Shown piece by piece: positions 55,799 through 64,000 of a DNA stretch of 64,000 nucleotides. The DNA is from Minisyncoccia bacterium (GTDB taxonomy: Bacteria > Patescibacteriota > Minisyncoccia > Phycocordibacterales > UBA9973): contig JBMOIO010000003.1 of NCBI GenBank assembly GCA_049317285.1, positions 25,003-89,002 of the forward strand. The letters run 5' to 3'. Each line of letters opens with the position of its first letter. The stretch's first letter is position 1. Below the pieces are notes generated by a model that was given only the letters and a program-made list of their open reading frames with translations, was not told the DNA's origin and ran no database searches. The translations under genes were made by a program, and so were the position numbers.

Positions 55799-57034
55799 TT
55801 ATTTAAATAGTTGTAGTGCACTCTTAAGCTGTGTATCTGTACTGCTTTCCGGATTGTACGGAATAACCACACTCGGGGTCAAGCCGTTGTCGGAAATCGA
55901 TACTCCCTTTGGCGTATACCACTTGGCAACCGTTACCTTCATAGAGGTGTCGCTCGTAATCGGGATCACTTCCTGTACAGAACCCTTTCCATACGTCTGT
56001 GTCCCCACAAGGGTCCCTATGCCATGTTCTGAGAGCGCGCCAGCCAATATCTCTGATGCAGAAGCCGAACCCTTGTCCACAAGAACAATCAATTGATGCT
56101 TTTTTGGGAAAAGCATTAACCCTGAACTCCTATGGACAACAACGTCGCCTTCGGACTTACCAATCTCTTTTACAATCACCTCACCGCTTGGGATAAACCA
56201 GCTTCCGATAGAAACGGCCGCATCGAGATATCCGCCCGGATTTCCGCGCAAGTCCAGGAGAAGTTTATTGTTTCCTGATGCACTGTATTGCTCAAGTGCT
56301 TGCTTAAACTGTCCGACTGACTGAGCCGAAAAGTTGTACAGGTGAACAACAAAGACGCCGTCAATCGTTTCGGTTTCAACAGTGGGAAGCGTGATAGTGC
56401 TTCGGGTCAGCTCATATACTTTAGGTTCGGTAAATCCTTCACGGAAAATAGTCAACGCAATAGTCGTGCCGTTTTCTCCTCGAATCAATTTAATCGCATC
56501 ATCAATACCCATCTCTGTCGTGATAGTCTCTGCAATTTTTATAATTTTGTCGCCAGGAAGAATACCGGCTTTGTCAGCGGGAGTATTTTTCAAAGGAGCA
56601 ATGACAGTGAGAATGTCATCTTTCTCTCCAAGCTCAATACCGACTCCTGAAAACGCACCATTGATTTCTGTTTCAAAAATCGTATTTTCGGACGGTGTGA
56701 AAAAGGTAGTATACGGGTCATCAAATGAAGCGAGCATGCCTTTGATAGCGCCGTACATGCGGTCGGCGTTTGTTGTGTTGTCGGCACCAGGGAATTTCTC
56801 ATCCACTGCACGCCAGGCTTTCCAAAACGCATTAAAATCTGTTTCTGCTGCAATAGTAGTCGTTTCTTTATTGAAAAGTCCTGTTACTTTCTGTACAGAA
56901 GGACGGTTTTCAAAACCCACATAGATACCAGCGAGAAATACTATAATGCCGAAAATGATCGTGCCAAAAATGCGCACTCCGGTTTGCACATGTGGTGCAT
57001 GTTCTACTGTTCCCTCTTTTAAATTATTGTCCAT
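55799..57034 (-). CDS. ctpA: carboxy-terminal processing protease (S41, PDZ-containing)
   Basis: N-terminal TM. PDZ domain. S41 catalytic region LLLDLRGNPGGYLDAAV and a conserved Lys region. Confidence 0.85.
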   Translation of the reverse strand: MDNNLKEGTVEHAPHVQTGVRIFGTIIFGIIVFLAGIYVGFENRPSVQKVTGLFNKETTTIAAETDFNAFWKAWRAVDEKFPGADNTTNADRMYGAIKGMLASFDDPYTTFFTPSENTIFETEINGAFSGVGIELGEKDDILTVIAPLKNTPADKAGILPGDKIIKIAETITTEMGIDDAIKLIRGENGTTIALTIFREGFTEPKVYELTRSTITLPTVETETIDGVFVVHLYNFSAQSVGQFKQALEQYSASGNNKLLLDLRGNPGGYLDAAVSIGSWFIPSGEVIVKEIGKSEGDVVVHRSSGLMLFPKKHQLIVLVDKGSASASEILAGALSEHGIGTLVGTQTYGKGSVQEVIPITSDTSMKVTVAKWYTPKGVSISDNGLTPSVVIPYNPESSTDTQLKSALQLFK

Positions 57035-57212
57035 ATTCTTTGAGCTTCAATCGAAGAAGGCGATACTCTTTGCGAAGAGTAACTGCAAGGGCTATAAGAG
57101 CAACACCAATAACAAGTGCGCTGGTCATTTTCCAACTATCGGGAATACCAATAAAAGAAATACACAGTGTGATTATGCCCAACCAAAAGAGTATTCGTAA
57201 CTTGCTCAACAT
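57024..57212 (-). CDS. small two-TM membrane protein, hypothetical
   Basis: 62 aa. Its start overlaps the rsmI stop (TAATG) and its end overlaps the ctpA start. Operon-internal. Confidence 0.4.
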   Translation of the reverse strand: MLSKLRILFWLGIITLCISFIGIPDSWKMTSALVIGVALIALAVTLRKEYRLLRLKLKEYGQ

Positions 57213-57940
57213 TACTCTATTGTATCAGATGAGCTGGAGCTATGGTAGGGAGTGTTGTACGACGGCGACACAACAATGACAAATTCTCCGCGAACTTTTT
57301 CGGCATTGTCCAGATAGTAGTCCAACAACTCTTGTGCTGTCCCTATCGGATATTCCTCAAAGCTTTTTGTCATCTCGCGGCCGACCATTACGAGCCGATC
57401 TCCCAAGACAGAAGCTAAGGCTTCCAGTGTTTTCAAAATGCGGTGCGGCGACTCGTACATGGCAACGGTATGCTCTGTTTGTGCAATAGTAGAAAACAGT
57501 GTTTGGCGCCCCTTTTTATGGGGAACAAAGCCGATGAATTCAAAATGGTTTCCAGGAAATCCCGAGACACAAAGCGCTGCAACTACGGCCGAAACACCAG
57601 GAATTGGGACCACTGTAGCCTCGGAGTATGCTCTGCGAAATTCCTGAACAAACAGTGAGCCTGGGTCTGAAATAGCGGGCGTGCCAGCATCTGTCACCAG
57701 AGCGATTGTCTCGTGACCAGTACATGCCTCCAGAGCCTTCTGAAGCGCCCCAGGAGTGCTTTGTGCATGAGAAGAGAGGTAGTGCTTCCCTCCGAGCGGA
57801 ATCTCTAAAAGCGTGAGCAGTTTTTTGATACTGCGAGTATCTTCTGCAAGAATAAGAGTCGCGTTTTCAAGCACTTCTTTTGCGCGAAGCGTGATATCTT
57901 TCAAGTTCCCTATTGGGGTTGCGACAATACTGAGCACCAT
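57212..57940 (-). CDS. rsmI: 16S rRNA (cytidine1402-2'-O)-methyltransferase RsmI
   Basis: LSIVATPIGNLKDITLRAKEVLENATLILAEDTRSIKKLL is the tetrapyrrole-methylase-fold RsmI N-terminus. Confidence 0.8.
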   Translation of the reverse strand: MVLSIVATPIGNLKDITLRAKEVLENATLILAEDTRSIKKLLTLLEIPLGGKHYLSSHAQSTPGALQKALEACTGHETIALVTDAGTPAISDPGSLFVQEFRRAYSEATVVPIPGVSAVVAALCVSGFPGNHFEFIGFVPHKKGRQTLFSTIAQTEHTVAMYESPHRILKTLEALASVLGDRLVMVGREMTKSFEEYPIGTAQELLDYYLDNAEKVRGEFVIVVSPSYNTPYHSSSSSDTIE

Positions 57941-58067
57941 ATACCCCCTATCCTACCCTACTCTTGACGGATTGTAAATAAATGGCGGAGAATAAAATTC
58001 GTAGCCTCTCTTATAATGAGAAAGTTTTAGTTGAAAAAACTCCAGAATTTGGTATAGTAAACCCCAC

Positions 58068-58112
58068 GCGTGCATAGTTCAGTGTAACGTTGTCTGATGT
58101 AAGAAAGAGACC
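58068..58112 (+). pseudogene. degenerate partial copy of the tRNA-Ile 5' half
   Basis: gcgtgcatagttcagtgtaacgttgtctgatgtaagaaagagacc aligns with the first ~48 nt of the downstream tRNA, with indels and substitutions. No acceptor 3' strand is present. Confidence 0.35.
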
Positions 58113-58140
58113 TTTTCCAAATTTAGAGTAAATACCCAAT

Positions 58141-58215
58141 GCGTGCATAGTTCAGTGGTAGAACGCTGTCCTGATAAGACAGAGGTCCATGGTCCGATTC
58201 CATGTGCACGCACCA
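58141..58215 (+). tRNA. tRNA-Ile (anticodon GAT), CCA encoded
   Basis: Manual fold. Acceptor gcgtgca/tgcacgc. D-stem gttc/gaac. Anticodon stem ctgtc/gacag with loop ctGATaa. T-stem catgg/ccatg. 3' ACCA. Confidence 0.85.
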
Positions 58216-58249
58216 ATATAAAAACACCCCTATATGTATGGGGATGTTT

Positions 58250-59245
58250 TTATTCCTCCTCTTCTTCCCCTTCTCCCACTTCCCCGCTCTGTACAGCTTC
58301 AATGATCTTATCCATCTTGCCTAAAAGCACGCCTTCAATATTGGACCAGTTTTGGCGAATGCGGTGGTCAGTGATGCGGTCCTGCGGGAAATTGTAGGTG
58401 CGGATCTTTTCACTGCGGTCCGCGGTACCGATTTGGCTTTTACGGTCCCCTGCGTACTGCTTTGCTTCTGCTTCCTCTTCGATCTGCTGAAGCTTCGCTG
58501 TCAAAATAGCAAACGCTTTTTCTCGGTTGCCGAGCTGTGTTCGCTCGGAAGTGGAGCGGACATCAATACCGGTCGGCTTGTGAATCAGACGCACCGCTGT
58601 TTCCACCTTGTTGACGTTTTGTCCGCCCGCACCGCCTGAGCGCGAATACTCCATCTCAAGGTCGGCTGGATTGATTTCAAAATTCACCTTCTTTCGAATC
58701 GGTAAAATAGCGATCGATGCAGTCGAGGTGTGGATACGGCCGTTTTTCTCTGTGGCCGGCACGCGCTGTACGCGATGCACTCCTGTTTCAAAGCGAAGCA
58801 TTTTGTATACATCCTTCCCTTTTATTTCAATCGAAGCGGTCTTGTACCCACCCAAATCATTCATAGACTCATCAATCACCCGCACTTGCCAGCCACTGAG
58901 CTCTGCAAAGCGCGTATACATCTGGACGAGCTGATACGCAAAGAGTGCTGCTTCATCGCCCCCGGCTCCGGCGCGAGCTTCCAAAATAATTTCATTAGGA
59001 AATTCCTCTTCTTCTTTTTCAGACGCTTCAATCGCCTTCACTTGGTCTTCAAATGCTTTCTTCTGCACTTCGATTGAAGCGATCTCTTCGGAAGCCATTT
59101 CCGCCATAGACGGATCAGTATCAGCGAGCGCACGAACTTCTTCCTCCGCTTTCAAAAGACGCTCGTATTCCTCGGCAATATATTGGGTCTTGTTATTCTT
59201 TTTTAATGCTTCGATATCCATAGGTATATTCAGTGTAGCAGACAT
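58250..59245 (-). CDS. prfA: peptide chain release factor 1
   Basis: GGQ motif ([11 protein letters not shown]). PxT tripeptide (RVPATE) typical of RF1. Acidic C-terminal tail. Confidence 0.85.
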   Translation of the reverse strand: MSATLNIPMDIEALKKNNKTQYIAEEYERLLKAEEEVRALADTDPSMAEMASEEIASIEVQKKAFEDQVKAIEASEKEEEEFPNEIILEARAGAGGDEAALFAYQLVQMYTRFAELSGWQVRVIDESMNDLGGYKTASIEIKGKDVYKMLRFETGVHRVQRVPATEKNGRIHTSTASIAILPIRKKVNFEINPADLEMEYSRSGGAGGQNVNKVETAVRLIHKPTGIDVRSTSERTQLGNREKAFAILTAKLQQIEEEAEAKQYAGDRKSQIGTADRSEKIRTYNFPQDRITDHRIRQNWSNIEGVLLGKMDKIIEAVQSGEVGEGEEEEE

Positions 59246-59247
59246 AC

Positions 59248-59272
59248 AAAAACACCTTCAAAAGGTGTTTTT
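59248..59272 (-). terminator. rho-independent terminator after rpmE
   Basis: aacacctt/aaggtgtt stem with loop caaa, flanked by T/A runs. Confidence 0.6.
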
Positions 59273-59281
59273 GTGGAGTAG

Positions 59282-59539
59282 TTATTTCTTTGCAACAGTA
59301 GCAGCGCGGCGCTTGTTGAAGCGATCTACGCGTCCAGCAGTGTCGATCACCTTTTCTGTTCCTGTATAGAACGGATGTGACGCACTTGAGATTTCAACGC
59401 GAAAGAGCGGATATTCAGCACCCTTATAGGTAGTGGTTTCTGTTGTCTTTACGGTTGAGCTCACGAGGAAGTCAGTCCCTGACGAGTTGTCATGGAATAC
59501 TACATCACGAAAGGTTTTTGGGTGAATGTCTTTCTTCAT
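59282..59539 (-). CDS. rpmE: 50S ribosomal protein L31 (non-zinc type)
   Basis: MKKDIHPK N-terminus and ...[24 protein letters not shown]-terminus. No CxxC pair. Confidence 0.8.
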   Translation of the reverse strand: MKKDIHPKTFRDVVFHDNSSGTDFLVSSTVKTTETTTYKGAEYPLFRVEISSASHPFYTGTEKVIDTAGRVDRFNKRRAATVAKK

Positions 59540-59596
59540 AGGAGGGTATTATAGCATAAGGCCAGTTTTTTTTCAAGGGTGTGCTTTCTTGCCCTT

Positions 59597-60964
59597 TTAG
59601 CGTCTTGAAACACCGTATTGTTCAAGATAGTCAATATCAGCTTGCACTTTTCGAGTCAACCCCATAACAGAGTTCCCATAAAAGCTATTTGCAGGGGTTT
59701 TCCCGTCGCAGGCACGCCCTGAATAGTAGCGACAGGCAGCGTTGCGTTCATTTACTTCGCCACCAGTACCTCCACGAACCTGCAGGTAAATAGAGGATGC
59801 GAAAATCGCATCTCGCGCGCGCCATGGATTTGGGCTCATACCGATTGCTGCTTGGATTCTTCCAGCAACACTTTCCCAAGTAGACGGAATAAACTGTGCC
59901 GGCCCCATAGCGCCTCCCCACCCCACTGTACCAATACGACATGATACCGGCGTAGTGTTCGGGTTTATTCCAAGCGCTTTGGTAATGCGCAAAAATGGAG
60001 GGATATCACGAGTCGGATGCATCACCGCTGTATAGCTTTTAGTAACAGGGTCGCCTGCGCGATTACAAGTACCCACATTTGAACCAAGATTACTTTCCTG
60101 TGTCAAAACAGCAAGAACAAACGCTGGTCTGACGCCGGTAACTTTTGAAGCCTCTACTGCAAAGGCATAGGCATCCTTAAACGGGATGGCTTTTGTCGCG
60201 CCTCCAGCAAAACTAAAGAGTTTGCTTTGAATTGCGGCAACTTTCTTTTGTTGCTGTGCGACAAGCGCGGCTTGCTTTTGTTCTTCTGTTTTACTAGTGC
60301 TCAAGAGCGACTGTGCAGTTTTTTGTGATACAGCAAGCTTTGCCTTTTCGCTTTCGTAGGCACTCTTTGCATCAATCGCGCGAAATTGTGCGTCTTTGAG
60401 GTCTTCGCGCTCTTCTTCAGTCATCGACTTGATGCGCTTTACATGGTTCAGTGAGTCATAGAGCGATGACTTGATTGAAAGAAAGTCGTCGAGGTCTTGG
60501 TAAAAGCCCGTGATTGATTCAGCAGAAAGCAACACATATGCCGCACCTTTTTGGTCGAGTTCGTTGGTGCGCTTCACCAGCTGAGTCATACTTGCGCGCT
60601 CGCGGTCAAGCTCGTTTTCCAGTGAATCAATCGCTTCTTCTTTTTTTCCGATTTCCTGAGAAAGGCGGCTAATAGTTGATATTTGACTACTGATTTTAGA
60701 CTGTGCCTTGGTGATTTGGGACACGAGTGCGTTCACATCCTTTTGAAGCACGCCACTTTTCCCTTTTTGCACATTGAGCTGTGCTTGTAATTTCGCGAGA
60801 GCAGCAGATTCTACTGCAAAGTCAGCACATGCCTGCTTGATATCTTCTGTAGCCGGTGCTGCACAGACCGCTGGCGCTTGCGCAAAAGCACTTGTAGGTG
60901 CAAACAATGCGCTACTAAAAAATATGATTGATGATAGTAAGGTGAATGTAACTGTGTTTCGCAT
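59597..60964 (-). CDS. secreted coiled-coil protein with C-terminal lytic transglycosylase-like domain
   Basis: Signal peptide. About 230 aa of coiled coil. C-terminal LTQESNLG...GPAQF motifs resembling MltB/SLT-type lytic transglycosylases. Confidence 0.6.
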   Translation of the reverse strand: MRNTVTFTLLSSIIFFSSALFAPTSAFAQAPAVCAAPATEDIKQACADFAVESAALAKLQAQLNVQKGKSGVLQKDVNALVSQITKAQSKISSQISTISRLSQEIGKKEEAIDSLENELDRERASMTQLVKRTNELDQKGAAYVLLSAESITGFYQDLDDFLSIKSSLYDSLNHVKRIKSMTEEEREDLKDAQFRAIDAKSAYESEKAKLAVSQKTAQSLLSTSKTEEQKQAALVAQQQKKVAAIQSKLFSFAGGATKAIPFKDAYAFAVEASKVTGVRPAFVLAVLTQESNLGSNVGTCNRAGDPVTKSYTAVMHPTRDIPPFLRITKALGINPNTTPVSCRIGTVGWGGAMGPAQFIPSTWESVAGRIQAAIGMSPNPWRARDAIFASSIYLQVRGGTGGEVNERNAACRYYSGRACDGKTPANSFYGNSVMGLTRKVQADIDYLEQYGVSRR

Positions 60965-61016
60965 AACAATAAGACTCCTAGTATAGCAGGAGTCTTACAT
61001 CGAAAAGTATTGACAA

Positions 61017-61640
61017 TTATTCTGCAGTGTCGTCCTCTTCTTTTTTACCCTTTGCTTCCACTTCAATAGCGTTGACATCGAGTACTGGTTCTTCCTTTTC
61101 TTCCACGAATGCTGCGATGAGTGCAACCATCTCTTCAGGCTCAGTAACAAGTGTTACGCCCTTTGGAAGCTTCACATCTGAAGCCTTGATATGATCTTCA
61201 AGAGTAGCAAGACCGGAAACATCTACTTCGAGTGTGTGAGGAAGGTCGCCTGGAAGTGCAGAAACAGTGAGTTCATGGAGGGCTTTCATCAGGTTTCCAA
61301 GACCGAGCTTTTCAGCCTCAGCTTCACCAGTAAATTCAATCGGGATAGCTACTTCAAGAGCGACTTTCATGTCGATAATAAGGAAGTCTACGTGAGTTGG
61401 TTCGCCAGTGATGGCATTGCGCTGGATTTCCTTGATGATAGTCGGGATTTTTTCGCCTCCTACCATAAGAGCGATCGCTGTGCTTTCACCCGCTTCTTTA
61501 AATACACGGATAAATTCCTTTGCATTGATTGCAACAGAAACGGCATCAGAGCCTTTTCCATAATACACCGCTGGGAGCTGGTCATTTGCTCGTAATTCAG
61601 CCGGTGTGCCTTTTCGTTGTTCTGCAGATAATGTAATCAT
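61017..61640 (-). CDS. rplY: 50S ribosomal protein L25 / general stress protein Ctc
   Basis: L25 N-terminal beta-barrel (QLPAVYYGKG...) plus a Ctc-type C-terminal extension with an acidic tail. Confidence 0.8.
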   Translation of the reverse strand: MITLSAEQRKGTPAELRANDQLPAVYYGKGSDAVSVAINAKEFIRVFKEAGESTAIALMVGGEKIPTIIKEIQRNAITGEPTHVDFLIIDMKVALEVAIPIEFTGEAEAEKLGLGNLMKALHELTVSALPGDLPHTLEVDVSGLATLEDHIKASDVKLPKGVTLVTEPEEMVALIAAFVEEKEEPVLDVNAIEVEAKGKKEEDDTAE

Positions 61641-61763
61641 AGTGGGAACACTATACACAATAAGGGCATAATTGTCTACCTCCTTAACAGGCTTGACGCT
61701 CTGAATATATACGCTACAATTGCTATATCACCAACGAAAAAGCAAACCCCTTAGGAGCAATAC

Positions 61764-62246
61764 CTACGGGGCCTTTTTTATTTTCTGCTCAAGTTCGTTC
61801 ATGTATTTCGTATACCTTCTGAAATTCTTCATTTTAAGCAATGCAGAATAGTGAAGCCTGTCCGGCACCAATAATGAGTGAAGCTTCTTATTTTCTATAA
61901 AATGATCAATAAGACAATAAAAATCGCCATCTCCTGTTACTATGACTGCCTCATCAAAATAATCGTATTGAATCATCGCGTGCAGTACAAGTTCAGCATC
62001 ACAATTCCCTTTTATTGTTCCGTCTTTATATTTTAATGTCGGTTTCCATATACAAATAAACCCCGCTGTCTGCAGTTCTTCATACAATTTGCTATTTCCT
62101 TCAATATATCCAATGAAAAGATACGCTTTGTCAACGTGGTACTTTTCTTTTAGGTACACTCTGAAGCGTTTCCAGTCTATTCCCCATCCTTGTGCCCGAA
62201 TGGCAAGGTAAACATTCTGGCTATCGATAAATGCGTAGTTGTTCAC
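61764..62246 (-). CDS. NYN-domain (LabA-like, PIN-fold) protein
   Basis: AFIDSQNV, DAELV, VTGDGDF acidic residues are spaced as in NYN/LabA nucleases. Confidence 0.65.
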   Translation of the reverse strand: MNNYAFIDSQNVYLAIRAQGWGIDWKRFRVYLKEKYHVDKAYLFIGYIEGNSKLYEELQTAGFICIWKPTLKYKDGTIKGNCDAELVLHAMIQYDYFDEAVIVTGDGDFYCLIDHFIENKKLHSLLVPDRLHYSALLKMKNFRRYTKYMNELEQKIKKAP

Positions 62247-62320
62247 TGCTTTATTATATAAAAGCGAGATGAAGGAAAGTTAAAAAGAAAAACGAGCCGA
62301 AGCTCGTTTTTATTGTTTGA

Positions 62321-62713
62321 TTAAATGACAATTTTGAACCTTTTTGCAAATTGGGTTCGTACTGCTTTTGGATTTTCCTCTAGAATTTGCTTAAAGCTTT
62401 TTCGCATACCCATGGGGATATTTCGATGAAAAAGTCCAAATAAGGTATCTTCTCCGCTCCACGCTCTGATAAGACAATCTTGTTCAAATATGTATTTTTC
62501 ATGATACCAAAAAAGTAAAATAATACTCACCATATTGAACAATAAGACACCATTTGTAACAGTATTGTCATTGCCAGGAGCTGAGAATAATAAAATTATA
62601 AACAGTGTACTGTCTGCAATAATAAGAAGAAAGAAAAGAATAACAACTCTTCTTATTCTTGGTTTGTAAAATGCTCTCACCTGAACACCAAAATCTGGTT
62701 GAATTTTTTCCAT
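62321..62713 (-). CDS. small membrane protein, hypothetical
   Basis: Two TM helices. 130 aa. No motif. Confidence 0.45.
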   Translation of the reverse strand: MEKIQPDFGVQVRAFYKPRIRRVVILFFLLIIADSTLFIILLFSAPGNDNTVTNGVLLFNMVSIILLFWYHEKYIFEQDCLIRAWSGEDTLFGLFHRNIPMGMRKSFKQILEENPKAVRTQFAKRFKIVI

Positions 62714-62746
62714 TATATATTGTTATTTTTTTGTGAAAGAATGATT

Positions 62747-63265
62747 TTAATTAAAAACATATTCCATTAAATACTGATCGTAATAGTCTTTTTTCCAGCA
62801 AAGTTCTTCATGAAGAACTCCTGTAATTTTAAACCCATACTTTTTGTACAGACCAATTGCAGATTTCTGTGTCGTTGTAACAGAAAGAGTTATTTTTTTA
62901 ACCTCTTTATCTGCCTTAAGACAAGTAATGACTTCCTCGAGAAGTAATTTCCCAATATCATTTCCACGATACTGTGGATCTACAAAAAAGGAAAGTATCT
63001 TACTGAGGTGCCTAATCTTTTCTAGTGTTTCCTTAAAAAGACCTATCATCCCCACGAGTGTTCCCTCGCTTTCTACAAAGATCATTTGTACTGAGGCATC
63101 TGATTTTAAACGGTGTTTCCATTCTTTATCTGATTTCTTTAATTCTTCAGCTTCAGTTAATCCAAATGCTAACGGATCTACCTTTACAGCCTTGATTCGT
63201 AATGCTTTATATTCTTTCCACCTCTCTTCAGGTAAATGATGAATAATAAGAAATTTTCTTTTCAT
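62747..63265 (-). CDS. GNAT-family N-acetyltransferase
   Basis: Motif A FVDPQYRGNDIGKLLLEEV and motif B GLYKKYGF. Confidence 0.7.
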   Translation of the reverse strand: MKRKFLIIHHLPEERWKEYKALRIKAVKVDPLAFGLTEAEELKKSDKEWKHRLKSDASVQMIFVESEGTLVGMIGLFKETLEKIRHLSKILSFFVDPQYRGNDIGKLLLEEVITCLKADKEVKKITLSVTTTQKSAIGLYKKYGFKITGVLHEELCWKKDYYDQYLMEYVFN

Positions 63266-63318
63266 ATGTGATATGTTAATTTATTAAAACAATATCACAT
63301 ATTTTAATTATGTCAATA

Positions 63319-64000
63319 TCAGGAGCCGTGCTTTGTGTTATGAGTATCTACCAAGTGCTCGCGAATATAGTCAAACGACCCTCCTACCTTTTTACCAGGG
63401 TTAAAGATGTTCAATGGGTCCATAATAGTTTTCACAGCCTTGAAGAGCTCAATGATTTCCGGGCTATACATGTATGGCAAAAACGGTGTGCGGATAATAC
63501 CGTCATTGTGCTCGGCCGTGATCGAGCCTTTGTATTGTGCAACCAGCTCGTACACCTTTTTTGAAACGGCGAGGATAAGGTCGCCCGAAAGCGGGTTCGC
63601 CAAGTCCATAAGAGGAATAATATGAAAGTTCCCATTGCCTGCGTGTCCGGCAATAGTGTAGATGAGCTTGTTGTCGTCAAGAATCTTTTGCAGTTTTGGC
63701 AAGAATTCCGGCATCTTGTGCGGGTCAATAATAATGTCATCGATAAACGGCGCTGTTTTCTTTCCTTTCACATGTTTGCGAAGGAGGTTGAAGCTCTCTC
63801 GGCGAATTTTCCAATACTTCTCTACTTCAGCTGCACTTTTTGCAACATGCGTCTTATATCTAAATGGCTTCACAGCCGTCTTGATCGCAATCGCTCGACG
63901 CAACACTTCCGCTTCGTTGTCGCCCGTCACCTCTGCCATCAAAATAAGCTTTGGCACGCCACCGGTCAGCACTTGGAATAGGTCAGGGATAAATTGAATC
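63319..64000 (-). CDS. FAD-linked oxidase C-terminal domain (GlcD/D-lactate dehydrogenase-like), 5' part off-window
   Basis: The frame stays open to the window edge. The C-terminal FAD-oxidase_C-like region with ITAEHNDGIIRTPF is present. Confidence 0.65.
   Translation of the reverse strand, partial: IQFIPDLFQVLTGGVPKLILMAEVTGDNEAEVLRRAIAIKTAVKPFRYKTHVAKSAAEVEKYWKIRRESFNLLRKHVKGKKTAPFIDDIIIDPHKMPEFLPKLQKILDDNKLIYTIAGHAGNGNFHIIPLMDLANPLSGDLILAVSKKVYELVAQYKGSITAEHNDGIIRTPFLPYMYSPEIIELFKAVKTIMDPLNIFNPGKKVGGSFDYIREHLVDTHNTKHGS

Overview
The window reads as a compact, gene-dense bacterial chromosome segment in the style of the Candidate Phyla Radiation (Patescibacteria-like). Genes are short, the standard genetic code applies (TGA is used as a stop), and promoters are sigma70-like. 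Several of these promoters sit so close to the start codon that the transcripts are probably leaderless. Most of the window is housekeeping. It holds a ribosomal protein and rpoA block (infA, rpmJ, rpsM, rpsK, rpsD, rpoA, rplQ, rplM, rpsI), the chaperone genes grpE, dnaK and dnaJ, five aminoacyl-tRNA synthetases (alaS, lysS, cysS, trpS, aspS), and speH. It also holds recR, dnaB, scpA, scpB, the cell-wall genes mraY, ftsW and murG, lexA, and an ABC-F ATPase. A tRNA-Ile(GAT), prfA, rpmE, rplY and an operon of rsmI, ctpA, rplI and three tandem type IV pilin paralogs are also present. Against this background there are several accessory-looking segments. (1) A 984-bp cassette at 43266-44291 is bracketed by a perfect 42-bp direct repeat that duplicates the 3' end of the ABC-F gene. 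It carries a zinc-ribbon small protein and an unknown protein of about 140 aa. (2) An AT-rich island at about 49800-53500 carries an orphan helix-turn-helix (HTH) protein, a nucleoside-2-deoxyribosyltransferase-like protein, and a Doc/Fic-family toxin coupled to a novel 54-aa upstream partner. It also carries a small stand-alone ORF and an operon of a CAP/SCP-domain secreted protein with an Ada-like-domain protein. (3) A crtB-crtI pair lies convergent with a UbiA-family prenyltransferase. (4) An AT-rich foreign-looking gene with its own consensus promoter is wedged between dnaK and dnaJ. (5) A small ORF and lexA sit behind a promoter whose 17-nt spacer is a GAAC-N4-GTTC palindrome. (6) A repeat family shares an identical 22-nt core between the dnaJ 3' hairpin and a 230-bp palindromic element upstream of rplU. 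All functional calls rest on motif-level recognition by eye. No database search was run.
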